Shown piece by piece: positions 11,440 through 23,300 of a stretch of 64,000 bases of DNA. Within the stretch, counting starts at the first letter, position 1. Every line of letters begins with the position of its first letter. The stretch lies in assembly GCA_965197905.1 (NCBI GenBank), contig CBDAOB010000004.1, positions 384,001 through 448,000 of the forward strand, given 5' to 3'. Under the pieces are notes generated by a model. The model saw nothing but the letters and a program-made list of their open reading frames with translations, was not told the DNA's origin and made no database searches. A program made the translations under genes and the position numbers. The DNA comes from Candidatus Latescibacterota bacterium. GTDB lineage: Bacteria > Latescibacterota > UBA2968 > UBA8231.

Positions 11440-11604
11440 ATTCCTCGCCGCCTCAATGGGACGAAGAGGCTCGCGGCGTAACTCCATCGTGTACCGAAGT
11501 AGGGACTGCCTCTAGCGATTTGTCTTTGGACGGCAGTCCCTCAAGTTCTCTCGCCATTTCCTCCCACCGTTCGACCACGGTCACCGGCACCTTCACCACA
11601 CCCA
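11440..11604. repeat. Copy 1 of a diverged ~160-bp dispersed repeat (3' ends of two convergent genes plus a hairpin)
   Basis: Aligns with 13041-13201; + strand ends RRLNGTKRLAA*, - strand reads GVVKVPVTVVERWEEMARELEGLPS; inverted repeat AGGGACTGCC...GGCAGTCCCT. Confidence 0.85.
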
Positions 11605-11828
11605 CCGTCGCGCCTCGCCGCTGATCCGCTATCTCCTGTGCCAATGCGACTTCGTCGCCATCCCTCTTCCTCTCTCCTCATAAGCTTTGCGTCTACAGTA
11701 CGTTACAGATACAAGGGGAATTCGGATAAATTCCGAGGGAGCATTTCCCTTTTTCATTGCCATTTTAGCTTTGGTTGTCTGGAGCAGTTTGGTATCTTGG
11801 TTGTACACTACCAGTAAGGAGATCCCTC

Positions 11829-12631
11829 ATGAGGATTCTATTTTCTGTCATCGTGGCTCTAGCGCTTTTTGGATCTACATCGTATGGCAACGGAGGTGGC
11901 AAAAGACGGAATGTAAATCTCCACGTCAATGATAGATGGGATGAATGTTCGTTCGAACTTGATCCAGCGCTTACCCAAAAAGCGTGGCACCAAGCTACCA
12001 GAGAATTTGGGCTCGTCGTTTACTTTAGACCATTAAGTTCGGCAAAGCCTTTAGGACTGAAAAACCTTGAACTTTCGTTGCTGAATTGGGCCACGACGAT
12101 TGATGACACCGATGATGCTTGGAACGATACATTTGTCCATCCCGATTCCACTCATTGGCTTTTCGAGGGAAATGCTCTCCAATTTCCCGGCCTAATGTTT
12201 AGAGTCGGGGTTACAGACCAGATAGACATCGGGACTTACTTCACGCAGAATATCCCCGCCAATTACGGATTTTATGGTGGTCAGGTTCAATATAATTTTC
12301 TAAACGATACTGAAAAAATTTGGCCGCTGCCGCCAGATTCAATTTCACCGCCATGTTTGGCCCGGAGGATTTGAATCAAAGCGTGTTGGGCTTAGATGTT
12401 CTGGCAAGCAAAGATTATTCGCGATTTTCACCTTATGTTGGAGTTTCAGGTTATCTGGCTCGTGCACAAGAAACGACGACCAAGGTGGATCTTGATGACG
12501 AGAGTGTGTTTGGCCTGCAAGCTATGGTAGGCACATCGATGAATATTTCAGTGCTGAGGATCGGCGCGGAATTTAATCTCGCAGATGTAACTGGATATTC
12601 CCTCAAGATTGGGTATCCATTCGAATTGTGA
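11829..12631 (+). CDS. Secreted/outer-membrane beta-barrel-like hypothetical protein; frameshift at A-run 12313-12318
   Basis: RBS AAGGAG, signal peptide MRILFSVIVALALFG; ORFs 11775-12374 and 12320-12631 join (…NDTEK/NLAAAARF…); alternating beta-strand pattern ending YSLKIGYPFEL. Confidence 0.7.
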
Positions 12632-12666
12632 AGTCTTACCAGCACTTGTCAAAAGGGTCTAAATCA

Positions 12667-12703
12667 GCGCGGCATCGATTCGATCGGTGCCGCGTTTTTC
12701 TTT
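12667..12703 (+). terminator. Intrinsic terminator
   Basis: GCGCGGCATCGAT-TCG-ATCGGTGCCGCGT stem followed by TTTTCTTT. Confidence 0.75.
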
Positions 12704-12826
12704 GCCCCAACTAGAAGTCTCAGCGAGTCCGAAGGATTTTTTGAAGATTTCTCCGTAGCCCCCGATCTAGTAGATAGCACCCCACGCAATCCCCTGCCTG
12801 CGATTTAGACATGGAGGTCTTTATTG

Positions 12827-13082
12827 ATGGCAGCAAAATCGCTCTACCTCATCAGCATTGAAGAGGCGGCGGACCTCTTTGAAAAGTCCGTTCCTCAGAT
12901 GCGCCAGTACAAGTCCAAGGGCCTACTCAAGGTCGCAGATTGCGTCGGTAACAAGGATCCTGTTTGATGCAGCGGAGGTCATTCTGCTCAAGCACCTGAT
13001 TAATGATCTGCGGGTCAACGAAGGGCTCTCGCTAGCTCAAATCTCCCGTCGGCTCAAGGCGACGAAGAGACTTGCGGCGTAG
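12827..13082 (+). CDS. Small MerR-type HTH / excisionase-like DNA-binding protein (~84 aa), +1 frameshift near 12959
   Basis: RBS GGAGG; manual translation MAAKSLYLISIEEAADLFEKSVPQMRQYKSKGLLKV…NKD/LFDAAEVILLKHLINDLRVNEGLSLAQISRRL fits the MerR HTH pattern; N-terminal half is absent from the ORF track. Confidence 0.65.
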
Positions 13083-13201
13083 TTTCATCGACTGTTGAAG
13101 GGACTGCCTCTCGAACATTGTTTCTGGAAGGCAGTCCCTCCAGCTCCCTCGCCATTTCCTCCCACAACTCTATCACGGTAACCGGCACCTTCACCACTCC
13201 G
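13041..13201. repeat. Copy 2 of the diverged ~160-bp dispersed repeat
   Basis: Aligns with 11440-11604; + strand RRLKATKRLAA*, - strand GVVKVPVTVIELWEEMARELEGLPS; same AGGGACTGCC/GGCAGTCCCT hairpin. Confidence 0.85.
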
Positions 13202-13202
13202 G

Positions 13203-13477
13203 TGCGAAAACCTCGGTGTCGTGCGGCCGATAATGCGAGCATCGCCAGTCTCGAGGAATCGTTTTAAACCATCTTTGTGACGTTGCCGGTAGCGTTCCGG
13301 CATGATCGGTTCGGAAAGATCCCGACCGATCGCTTCTTCCCTCGTCCAGCCAAAGGTGGTTTCAGCGTGGCCGTTCCAGCCGGTTACCGTCCCATCCTCT
13401 GACATCGTAATCGCGGCGTCGATTGCCGAGTCGAGTATCCACCGGACTTGGTCGGCGAAATCATCCATAAGAGGCAT
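13203..13477 (-). pseudogene. PAS-domain sensor fragment, truncated at the repeat
   Basis: ILDSAIDAAITMSEDGTVTGWNGHAETTFGWTREEAIGRDL…RFLETGDARIIGR is a FixL-like PAS N-half that runs into unrelated sequence. Confidence 0.7.
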
Positions 13478-13486
13478 GCAGCTTCG

Positions 13487-14473
13487 TTAAGTTCTGTTAT
13501 TGTGTACCACAGTTATGGCTACATTTCCCTTCTTGTGTCCTTTATCGACATACCTGTGAGCTTCGGCAATCTGTTCCAACGGATAGCGTCTATCGATGAC
13601 CGGTTTTATCCTCCCCGCCTCCATAAGCTCTTTGAGGAAGTTTAGATCTTTGGTCCTTTCGCTGGCTGGCCTCAGACCTGTGGCCGCAATCTTCGCTTTC
13701 TTGCCGCCGATCATCGAAGTCCACAACAGTTGAGGGAAATTTGCCAGCGCAAAAGCGGCTTCAAGATAGATTCCTTTCGGCTTTAGTGAACCTTTACAAC
13801 GTGAGAACGAAGTCTTGCCTACCGCGTCAAAAATAATGTCGTAGGTTACGTCGCTTTTGGTAAAGTCGTCTCTGGTGTAATCGATGACCACATCGGCCCC
13901 CAGAGATCTCACCAGTTCCATATTCGTTGTACTGCATACCCCAGTCACTTCCGCTCCAAAGTACTTGGCAAGCTGTATCCCAGCTGCACCTACGCTTCCA
14001 GAAGCGCCATTGATAAGAACCTTCTGTTCGCGCTGGATATATCCCTTATCTCTAAGAAATGGCAATGCTGTCAATACCCCATCACAGCTGGAGGCGGCCT
14101 CCTCATAGGTCATATTTGTGGGCATACTTGCTAGTACGCCGTCTTCAGGCAGACATAGGTACTCGGCGTTGGCACCAAAACTGGGACCGGCCGATCCAAA
14201 AACCTGGTCACCTTCTTTGAATAATCTTACGCCTTTGCCTGCCGCTTCAATTACACCTGCCAACTCCTCGCCGAGTGTAGTGATTTTTGGTCTTGTAAGA
14301 CCGGTGAACAATCTTGAAAAGGAATCTCCCTGTCGAAAGGTGCACTCCGTTGCCGTTACTGTTGTCGCATGTATCCTTACCAGTACTTCATTATCCTTGG
14401 GAGTAGGTTTTTCAACCTCTTTCAGTTCAAGAACATCCGGTGGTCCGTATTTCGTGTACACAATCGCTTTCAT
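13487..14473 (-). CDS. NAD(P)-dependent MDR-family oxidoreductase (quinone oxidoreductase/alcohol dehydrogenase-like)
   Basis: [53 protein letters not shown]. Confidence 0.9.
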   Translation of the reverse strand: MKAIVYTKYGPPDVLELKEVEKPTPKDNEVLVRIHATTVTATECTFRQGDSFSRLFTGLTRPKITTLGEELAGVIEAAGKGVRLFKEGDQVFGSAGPSFGANAEYLCLPEDGVLASMPTNMTYEEAASSCDGVLTALPFLRDKGYIQREQKVLINGASGSVGAAGIQLAKYFGAEVTGVCSTTNMELVRSLGADVVIDYTRDDFTKSDVTYDIIFDAVGKTSFSRCKGSLKPKGIYLEAAFALANFPQLLWTSMIGGKKAKIAATGLRPASERTKDLNFLKELMEAGRIKPVIDRRYPLEQIAEAHRYVDKGHKKGNVAITVVHNNRT

Positions 14474-14560
14474 GAGTCTCCTTCAAGACCGCCCGGACCA
14501 TTTTTCAGGGTTGTCTACGACAACACGGAACAACGCTGAGAAACCAGAATCTGAGCGATT

Positions 14561-15256
14561 TCATTCCCGGCGGTGACCGAATAGCCACGCCACGCGTTGG
14601 TATGACACAGCGTAATGAACGAGCGTCCCGCTGACCATGCCCACAGAACCTGGCGTCCATCCACGATCATGAAAAGCCCATGCTGCGAGGCCGTGAACAG
14701 CCATCTCGTAGGCAAACCGCGACCAACCCGGAATCGCTACGCGTGGTTGGGAGGCGCCTCTGCCGCCAGGTCGCCATGGATCATGCGGCACACCGAATAT
14801 GGTCCATGTGGCGATGGTTCCCAGCGGCAATCCGACCATCAGGGCGTAGCGACTGGCACCATCCCCCTGATCCAAGCCCCAGGCGCCAAACGCACCCCAT
14901 ATTCCCAGCTCCAGGGCGAAGTGCAATACCCGATTCCGGGGATCATCTGTTAGATCGGAGAGGCGTGGAGGGGAGACCGATGCCATCTGCGTCGACGTAT
15001 TACGCCAATTCATAACCGAAGTTTCAGTTGATTGATCGATGAAAATGCCATGTCGATTAGGAAGTGGCTGCAGTCGATCGAGAATGAAGCGGTTGGAATG
15101 ACACGCGCGAGTCAGTTTCGTTTCGGAAATTAAGGTAGATGCTCTCGAGGTTGGTCCATCCTGTGCCCGCAAAGAAGACGGCTGCAATAGAAAAGCCGCA
15201 GAGACCGTGGCGGAAAGCAACAACCAGTAGGCCAACGATCTGATAAGGTCCCGCAT
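14561..15256 (-). CDS. Membrane protein with C-terminal YrdB/DUF2568-like domain
   Basis: LHFALELGIWGAFGAWG…LPLGTIATWTIFGVPHDP…IPGWSRFAYEM…YQRVAWL; N-terminal signal-like segment; start uncertain. Confidence 0.6.
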   Translation of the reverse strand: MRDLIRSLAYWLLLSATVSAAFLLQPSSLRAQDGPTSRASTLISETKLTRACHSNRFILDRLQPLPNRHGIFIDQSTETSVMNWRNTSTQMASVSPPRLSDLTDDPRNRVLHFALELGIWGAFGAWGLDQGDGASRYALMVGLPLGTIATWTIFGVPHDPWRPGGRGASQPRVAIPGWSRFAYEMAVHGLAAWAFHDRGWTPGSVGMVSGTLVHYAVSYQRVAWLFGHRRE

Positions 15257-15462
15257 AGCATTACTCTCCCACTCTCTCCGCTCAAAACGTTTTTTCACAC
15301 GTGGCTTCTCACAGCTCTGGCATGGCGCGCAAACTGGAGCAGCAATTGAGAATTTGACAAAACGTTCCGAAGAAGGAAAGGGGATCCCGATGCTATCTTC
15401 AGGATCCCCTTCTGTTTGGACAAGATCTTGCTCGACTACCTGGCACCGGCTCGGCGGACTTT

Positions 15463-15735
15463 TTAAGCGACTACTTGTTCCACCGGTCGGCGAGGGCTGG
15501 CTAACGCTTCCCTTTCCGGATAGCCCGCACGAAAAGCAAAAGTAGGCTTCCACATTGGATCACCGGTGAGACCCGCCAGGTCCTGCTCGGCGCGTGTCCG
15601 CTGGATCTCTGGTAGATGGGGTAGTTCCACGCTATCCGCCCACTTCTTGGGCCACTTCCACCATGCAACCTGAGCAACCGACGCTTCCAGTCCCAAAAGG
15701 ACAATCACGGCAGTCAAGAGATGTCTCTTCTTCAT
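15463..15735 (-). CDS. Small exported hypothetical protein or gene fragment
   Basis: Signal-peptide-like start MKKRHLLTAVIVLLGLEASVA; no recognisable domain. Confidence 0.3.
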   Translation of the reverse strand: MKKRHLLTAVIVLLGLEASVAQVAWWKWPKKWADSVELPHLPEIQRTRAEQDLAGLTGDPMWKPTFAFRAGYPEREALASPRRPVEQVVA

Positions 15736-15794
15736 GCTACCATTAACTCGTAGAGATGTTGCCGGGTTCCGGCCCTTCGGATTGTGAAAGCGAC

Positions 15795-15860
15795 GGTCAG
15801 AACGAGCTTGCACTCAGGGATAAGATGGCGGCCCTCGGACGATTGGTCGCCGGAGTTCGG
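15795..15860 (+). pseudogene. Remnant of an NtrB-type histidine kinase pre-H-box segment
   Basis: QNELALRDKMAALGRLVAGV matches the EKMAxLGxLxAGxAHE motif but breaks off before the His. Confidence 0.45.
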
Positions 15861-16016
15861 GCGAGCTCCTGTGGGTCCCATATCGACCTATCGCCGCGTG
15901 TGACCGGGCCGCTTCATTTCCGAGAGCCAAAGAAGCAGATCGTTTTCTGGACTCTCCTACCTCAGCAGCATCAACTTCTGCGTCTCCACCCACCCAGTGC
16001 CGCTTTGACCAGGATT

Positions 16017-16169
16017 CTACTCTTCCCTCTTCTCAGAATCGAAGTCCTCGTCCAGTACGCCTGCCGCTTTCAGTTGTTTCTCCAGCTTTGAGATTCTTGC
16101 CTGAGCAGATAGGGCTAAAATTAAACCCATCGTGCCCAATGCCACTCCTGCAGCCCCCAAAGATTCCAT
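16017..16169 (-). CDS. Small (50 aa) single-TM hypothetical protein
   Basis: RBS AAGGAGAG, hydrophobic N-terminus GAAGVALGTMGLILALSA, then coiled/charged tail RISKLEKQLK. Confidence 0.55.
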   Translation of the reverse strand: MESLGAAGVALGTMGLILALSAQARISKLEKQLKAAGVLDEDFDSEKREE

Positions 16170-16325
16170 CCCATCTCTCCTTCTCAGTTGATCTACCGCA
16201 GCGAGGCACACGCGGCGCGGTAAAGGCATCGGTGAGCATCTCACACGACCTCTTGCACACTGTTGTTTTAGGAGTGTGTACTTGGGGAGCGAGTGGCCTG
16301 GTTCATCATCTTTCGCAATAATGCT

Positions 16326-17819
16326 TCACTCCGAAGCATCCCTTCGCTTCATCACCAACGTGAGAGCTTCATTTAAGGCTCTAATAGTGACAGGCTTCTC
16401 AAGGATTCCGTCCGGCTTGGGCCGGCCCCGACCAATACGATTCTCCACGTCCGCCTTCGACCATCCCGTTATGAAAAGAATTGGCAGTGTTGGATCCAAC
16501 TCACGGACCTTTTCGACCACATTGTAGCCGTACATGCCTGCCATGCCTACGTCTGTGAGAACGACATCAAATTTGCCCGGATCGAACTTGGACAGTCCTT
16601 CAGCAACACTGTCAGCCTCCAAGACTGATCTTCCAGAGGCCCTGAGCATGGACCCCACGGCATTGCGGGTATTAGTATCATCGTCGATATACAATACTCG
16701 TAATGAATTCTCCTCCGGATTCTGACCCTTCTCATCGGTAACGATTTCGCCTGTCGACTCTGGAGACGCTTTCGGAAAACAGATTTCGAACCTCGACCCT
16801 TTACCGAGCTCGGACGACGCAGTAAGAGATCCATCGTGGCGTTTGGCTAGTCCGTAGCAAATGCTGAGACCGAGTCCATTGCCGTTGTCTTTTGTCGTGT
16901 AAAACGGTTCTGCGCAGCGAGCCAACTGCTCCTCTGTCATTCCCAGGCCAGTATCCGAGACTTCCACGAAACTAAAGTGTCTCTTGTGTCCAGTGCGAAT
17001 TGTGAGTAACCCTCCTTCGGGCATTGCTTCGCTTGCGTTGTGGATCAAATTGATCAAGGCCTGCCGCAGTTCCGCTGGATTAATCATCACGTACACACCT
17101 TCGTTCAATTCCGTCTCTACGTGGCAGCTGCCCTCCGACCAGATCGGACGGGTGCTCTCGACGACCTGAGGCACCAAATCGTTGATATCGACTAACTCGG
17201 GCGGATCATCGTCAGATTTCAAGGACGTAAATCGCTGGAGGCGCCGTACGGTATCGGTTGCATCGGATGCCCCATCCAAGATCGCACTCACGGCCTTTCG
17301 AATTTCATTAGAAAGTTGATGTTGTGTAAGCAACATGTCCGCCATTCCGACGACTGGCGAAAGAGCGTTGTTGAGACTATGAGCGATGCCAGCCGTGAGG
17401 GTGCCGATGGACACCAGGCGTTCGTTTCGACGAACCAGTTCCTCTGCTAGTTTAACCTCGGTAATGTCGCGGCAGACGCCGATGACGCCTACGCAAGTGC
17501 CAGATTCGTTTCTGAAGGGACTTTTGTTTGTCTGAAAAGTGTGGTCGCGCCCACCCAAATGGACCGTGATCTCCTGCATCAGTGTTTCGCTGGTTTCAAC
17601 AACAGTGGCATTCTCGTCAGCCATAATCTTGGCTTCGTGCGGGGCAAAGAGGTCTACATCCCGTTTTCCGACAACCTCGTCTACGGTCTTGCCCAGCATT
17701 TTCGCACCGACTGGGTTTATGACTAGGTACCGATTTTCAAGATCCTGCACATACACCACGTCACTCGTTCCTTCAATGATTGCATGAAGCAGGGACTGTG
17801 TCTCGCTATTGTCGGTCAT
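16326..17819 (-). CDS. PAS hybrid histidine kinase with C-terminal receiver
   Basis: PAS_4 (…GVCRDITEVK), H-box AGIAHSLNNAL, NLIHNASEAM, DTGLGM, PFYTTK, GLGLSI, REC VLYIDDD. Confidence 0.9.
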   Translation of the reverse strand: MTDNSETQSLLHAIIEGTSDVVYVQDLENRYLVINPVGAKMLGKTVDEVVGKRDVDLFAPHEAKIMADENATVVETSETLMQEITVHLGGRDHTFQTNKSPFRNESGTCVGVIGVCRDITEVKLAEELVRRNERLVSIGTLTAGIAHSLNNALSPVVGMADMLLTQHQLSNEIRKAVSAILDGASDATDTVRRLQRFTSLKSDDDPPELVDINDLVPQVVESTRPIWSEGSCHVETELNEGVYVMINPAELRQALINLIHNASEAMPEGGLLTIRTGHKRHFSFVEVSDTGLGMTEEQLARCAEPFYTTKDNGNGLGLSICYGLAKRHDGSLTASSELGKGSRFEICFPKASPESTGEIVTDEKGQNPEENSLRVLYIDDDTNTRNAVGSMLRASGRSVLEADSVAEGLSKFDPGKFDVVLTDVGMAGMYGYNVVEKVRELDPTLPILFITGWSKADVENRIGRGRPKPDGILEKPVTIRALNEALTLVMKRRDASE

Positions 17820-18128
17820 AAGGTTCTCTCTTTGTTGCCTCGGGCCGATCGCCTGCGCCAGGCAGTTCCGCCCAATTGACGCGCGAATCGAACTTCGCAG
17901 GGTCGGCTGTATCCGTCATTAGTTTACTAAGAGGAAAAAATTGTCGGGACTGTAGTTCAGATTCGTTAGAAGGTAGATCTTCTGCGCCGAAAATCCACAG
18001 GAGATGAGCCGTTGCCTTTTTTGTCTCTTTTATGTCTTTTATCGCAGATGAAGCGTACTAGCAGCTACTATTGACGGAATGACGAGCTACAAAAACTCAT
18101 AGATTCGCCCGGGGAAACAAGGATTACC

Positions 18129-20282
18129 GTGAAGAGAGTATACCTGGGGTGTCTTACCTGTCCATTCATCCTACCCTTCCTGATCGCCGGCGGTGCGGCC
18201 CAAATCGGTGGGGACTTCTACGAGCTCGACCTGAGGGAACTCAGCCAGCTTCGCATGTCGTCTGGCGCGACGCTTACCAAGACCGAAGCTGGCAAAATTC
18301 CTGCGGCGGTGACCACGATCACGCGCCGGATGATCATCGAGTCAGGCGCCCGCAGCCTCGACGAACTGCTGGAGATGTACGTGCCCAATCTCATGCGCCT
18401 TTGGGTGGCCGGTGGAGCGGGCCCTAAGGTTGGCGTACGTGGTATTATGGGCGGCCGTAACCACAAGACGCTCGTTCTGGTGAACGGCCGGATTACAAAT
18501 CAGAGGACCATTTACGGCGCAATCTCGGAACGCTTCGTGCCGCTGCTCGGAGACATCGAGTCGATCGAAGTGGTCCGCGGTCCCGGATCGTCGGTTTACG
18601 GTCCAGGTGCAATCAATGGTGTAATCAGCATCCGCACGCTCACACGGAGATCATCCGACGGCGTGACCGCCACTTTCAGGCAGGGACTCGTCGAAGGGTA
18701 CACACTCGGTGAGGTCAGATTCGCACGCACCCTCGGCTCTCGATCCAGCTTCTTCGGGTACTACGGAATCGCCGACTATCGGGGAGCGGACGCGACCGAT
18801 GCGCCACTGGTCTTCAGCAAGACCAAGAGCCTCGACTCCGGGACCGCTCTTTTCACTGCCGGCGTGCCGATCGCTTCCGGCATTGGGCGTGACAATAAGG
18901 CATTAGAAGGGAAACCCCTTCACAAGGCTCATCTAGAATACCGCTACGGGAATTCTCTTCTCTGGGCCCGGTTCGTCCGCGGCGGCATCCTTCAACTGCC
19001 CGCCCGTAGCTTCATCGAGAGCCAAGAGACTTTCGAAAGCAGTCAGGGGCTGCGTTATCAACAACTCACGATGCAGGCAGAGCAGGCTCTGGAGCTCAGC
19101 CGAAGATCGCGGCTGCAACTAAGAGCAAGCTACGACATCCACGACGTTGTCAAGGATCCCGGGCTGCTAGCAGACCGGGAGTATACGGCGGCCTTTCGGG
19201 AGGATGAACTCAACTTGAGATCGCTGCTCTCCTGGACGCCACGCGTCAACCAATCGGTGGCCGTTGGCCTGGAGTTTTCTCGCGAATGGTTCGGCAAGAA
19301 ACCTTTCAGCCTTACCGACGACCCGGCCCACAATGTCAGGACCGACCTCCAGCCGTGGACAACGAACACGATCGGCTTTCTGGGCGAGTATCAATGGAAG
19401 GCCAGTCCCCGGTGGACCGCCTTCTTCGGTGGGAGAATGGACAGGCACACCTTCACTCGCTGGATGTCCTCTCCGAAGGCAGCCCTGGTTTTTTCGGCAA
19501 ACCAGTCAAACACCGCCAAACTGTTATACAACCACTCAGTGAGAAAAAGCGATGATATCGAGCTGAAGCAGCAGCACGATGCCGACCCCGACTTCAAGGG
19601 AGAGATCGAGAAAATCGACGCGCTGGAGCTTCGACACGATTACCAAGCGAATGACGACCTTGTCGTGTCGGCCGCAGCGTTCTGGCAGAGCGTCGATATC
19701 ATCGGCTGGACGGCATCGGCGAGCCGGTCGTCGCCCGTAGGAAATGAAGAGATTTACGGGCTGGAGGCAGAGGTCGGTTACCGCGCCAGCCGTCACGATG
19801 TGACGCTCTCGTATGCGTTTACCAAGTTACGTGAGTTCACACTCGCGGATGAAACGATTCTGACCCAGACGGAAACCAGCGCGCCCTACGGATTCGGCAA
19901 CGACCTGCACCATTGGCCGTGGCACGTGAGTAAATTGACCTGGAACATGCAGCTTTCCAGAAACCTAAAAGCGCTGAGCTCTCTTCGTCTTTTCTGGGGA
20001 TTCAAGGGTGCCGAGGAATACGCGAAGTACAACAACGAAGTCCTCCAGCGGAATTCGCTCACCCGGACCGACGACGAACGCACCGATGCCTTCCAGGGCA
20101 ACGCCTTCCTGAATGTCGGCGCAGTGTACGACATGGATCGGCGACTCCAGCTGAGCCTACATGCGCACAATATCCTCGGCTGGTTGCAGCACGATCTGAA
20201 CAAACGCAATTTCTTCGGTCGGATGGGTGGCTATCGGAGTGAGGCGCCCGCAATATCCATCCGACTGGGATCGAGTCTGTAG
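18129..20282 (+). CDS. TonB-dependent receptor (YfiR-associated class)
   Basis: [13 protein letters not shown]-motif, plug motifs [41 protein letters not shown]; barrel-like C-terminal region. Confidence 0.88.
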   Translation: MKRVYLGCLTCPFILPFLIAGGAAQIGGDFYELDLRELSQLRMSSGATLTKTEAGKIPAAVTTITRRMIIESGARSLDELLEMYVPNLMRLWVAGGAGPKVGVRGIMGGRNHKTLVLVNGRITNQRTIYGAISERFVPLLGDIESIEVVRGPGSSVYGPGAINGVISIRTLTRRSSDGVTATFRQGLVEGYTLGEVRFARTLGSRSSFFGYYGIADYRGADATDAPLVFSKTKSLDSGTALFTAGVPIASGIGRDNKALEGKPLHKAHLEYRYGNSLLWARFVRGGILQLPARSFIESQETFESSQGLRYQQLTMQAEQALELSRRSRLQLRASYDIHDVVKDPGLLADREYTAAFREDELNLRSLLSWTPRVNQSVAVGLEFSREWFGKKPFSLTDDPAHNVRTDLQPWTTNTIGFLGEYQWKASPRWTAFFGGRMDRHTFTRWMSSPKAALVFSANQSNTAKLLYNHSVRKSDDIELKQQHDADPDFKGEIEKIDALELRHDYQANDDLVVSAAAFWQSVDIIGWTASASRSSPVGNEEIYGLEAEVGYRASRHDVTLSYAFTKLREFTLADETILTQTETSAPYGFGNDLHHWPWHVSKLTWNMQLSRNLKALSSLRLFWGFKGAEEYAKYNNEVLQRNSLTRTDDERTDAFQGNAFLNVGAVYDMDRRLQLSLHAHNILGWLQHDLNKRNFFGRMGGYRSEAPAISIRLGSSL

Positions 20283-20328
20283 TCGCGCAATGCGCAACGG
20301 GGAAGAAGTGTCCTGCATTCGCAATACG

Positions 20329-23300
20329 ATGCCAGTCGAGTTCTATCGAAGGCTCTGGCTTGTGGGCATCCTCCTTATGGGCCTTGGCGAATCGGCATCG
20401 TCGCAGAACCCCACTCAGATAAAAGGGTACGTCTACAACTTCATTAGATATTGTAAGTGGCCACAGGAGGACGGTCCCTTCGTCGTGGCCCTTCTCGGCA
20501 GAGACGACGCTCTTGCCCGCGAACTGACCGCCGCTCTTCCAGGGAAAAGTGTCGGAAGCCGACCAATTAGCGTCGTCCGCGTCGACAACGCTCAGGAAGC
20601 GCGGTCAGCCCATCTATTGGTGTTGGGACAGTCCGAGAATGCCAGAGTCCGATCTGTTGTAGAGGCCCTTCGCGGCAGCGGCACGCTTCTGGTCACCGAT
20701 GGCTGCGACGACGGTGCGGCCGTTATGCTCAATCTCACAACCTCAGCGTCAGGACGCATCGGTTTCGAAGCCAACCTGGCCAACATCGTCGCGGAGAATC
20801 TCGGCGTCTCGGATGACGTTCTGGAACTGGGCGGCACTGAGCTCGACGTCGTTAGAGTTTATCGAGAAATGGGATCCACACTCGAGTCACAAAGACAGGA
20901 TATGGTCCGCCAGCAGGATGAACTTGGCAGGGTCCAGGAGGAGGTCGCCTGGCAGCAGGAAAAAATAGAGGGGCAAAGGCAGCGACTCGAAAGCCAAACC
21001 AAGCAAATCCAGCAACAGAGCTCTAAGATCGGCGAAAGGGAAGACCTTCTGGCTGAACTCGGATCCCAACTGGAAGACGACCGTGCCCAGATCGAGAGAA
21101 CCCGGGAGCGAGCGAGGGAGGCCGAAAAGGCATTGAGATCCAAGCTCGATACGCTGAAGATCCGCGAGGCAGAGGTCGGTTTCCTCGCCGAACAGATAGG
21201 GTCCAGCGCCACCGTCTTGGAACAACAGAAGCGGGAGATCGCCGACCTGGCGGAGGAGTCGGAACAACAGCGGCAAAACCTGCAGACACAGGATACCACC
21301 ATCCAGAGGCAAGAGACCGCACTCATCGCGGGCACCGTAATCGTGATCCTCCTCCTCGCCCTGTCGGGGGTGATCGCCTGGAGTTACCGGGTGAACCGCA
21401 GGCAATCAGCTGCGTTGCGCGAAGCCAGGGATGCCGCAGAAGCAGCGTCCCAGGCAAAGGCTGATTTCCTGGCCAATATGAGCCACGAGATTCGCACGCC
21501 GATGAACGCCGTTATCGGCATGGCGCACCTGGCTCTGCGGACGGCACTGGACGCCAAGCAGCGCGACTACGTGGAGAAGATCCAAGGCTCGGGCCAGCAC
21601 CTGCTGGGGATTATCAACGACATCCTCGACTTCTCGAAGATTGAAGCCGGCAAGCTAGACGTGGAAACCGTTGACTTCGATCTCGACAACGTGCTTGAAA
21701 ATGTGGCCGCCCTGATCGGTGAGAAGGCCACCGCGAAGGGTCTCGAGCTCGTTTTTGACATCGAATCGGACTTGCCGAGGGCGCTGCGAGGGGATCCGCT
21801 GCGGATCGGGCAGGTGATCATAAACTATGCAAACAATGCCGTGAAGTTCACGGATGAAGGCGAGATCGTCGTTCGGGTGCGGAGGGTTGAGGAGATAGAG
21901 GGTGACCTGATAGTTCGGTTCGACGTGCAGGATACCGGGATCGGATTGACAGAGGAGCAGAAAGGCAAGCTGTTCCAGTCCTTTCAGCAGGCAGACACAT
22001 CGACATCGCGCAAGTACGGTGGTACGGGCCCTCGGGTTGGCGATTTCCAAGCAGCTGGCGACGCTTATGAATGGCGAAGTAGGTGTGGAGAGTGAGCACG
22101 GCGTGGGGAGCACCTTTTGGTTTACAGCTCGACTGGGCGAAGGGGAGGAGAAGAAGCGCGCGTTCGTGCCGGCACCCGATCTTCGCGACCGGCGTGTGCT
22201 GGTGGTCGATGACAATGTCAACGCGCGTCAGATTCTTTGCGAGATGCTGGAGAGCATGACATTTCGCGTGGATGAAGTGGGTTCCGGCGAGGAGGCCTTG
22301 TCAGCGATCGCAATGGCGGACGACGGTGACGATCCCTACGAGGTCGTGTTCATCGACTGGCGCATGCCTCCCGGGATCGACGGAATTGAGACGGTGCGAC
22401 GGCTGGCATCGGCGGATCTCAAGGTTCGGCCCCATCCGGTGATGGTGACGGCGTACGGCCGTGCAGAGGTCATGCACGAGGCGGAGGATGCCGGGATTGA
22501 GGTGTCGCTGGTGAAGCCCGTGAACTCGTCGTTGCTGTTCGACGCGGCGATGCAGGTGCTCGGCGGTGAACCGGTGGAGAAGATCCCGGGCGACGTGTCT
22601 CGGACGGGGTCGGTTGATCTGGCGCCGATCCGCGGAGCCCGGATCCTGCTGGCGGAAGACAACGAGTTGAACCAGCAGGTGGCGATGGAGCTGCTGGGTG
22701 ACGCCGGGTTCTTCATGGACCTGGCAGAAGACGGCGGGGCGTGTGTGGCGATGGTGGCGGAGAACCAATACGACATAGTATTGATGGATATGCAGATGCC
22801 GGTGATGGACGGTCTAGACGCGACGCGGGAGATACGGAAGAACGAGCGTTTTGCGGAGTTGCCGATCGTCGCGATGACGGCCGCCGCCCTGGAAACTGAT
22901 CGTCAGCGATGTCTGGAAGCTGGGATGAACGACCACTTGGCCAAGCCAATCGAGCCGAATGAGCTCTTCGCGATGCTGCTGCGGTGGATTTCCCCGGCTG
23001 AGCGGGAAATGCCAGAGCCGGTCGAGGTGCCGGCGGCGGCAGCTGTCGAGGACCCACCACGTACTGAGCCCGCCCTAGATCCCTTATCGTCGATTGAGGG
23101 TCTGGATGTGGAGGTCGGAGTGAAGCGGGTAATGGGAAAGCGGGATTTCTACCAGAAGCTGGTGCGGCAGTTCGTCGAGGGCGAGGCGGCGGAGTCGGTG
23201 GCGACGGTGCGTGCTCAGCTCGGAGAAGGAGAGCGCGAGGCGGCGGAACGAACGGCCCACTCGCTGAAGGGCGTGGCCGGCACCATCGGTGCAGGCGAAT

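Noticed and set aside
13470..13495. Integron attC-like RYYYAAC (ACTTAAC) at the stop of the MDR oxidoreductase
   Set aside because: No matching GTTRRRY arm or attC hairpin follows, and there is no intI or cassette array
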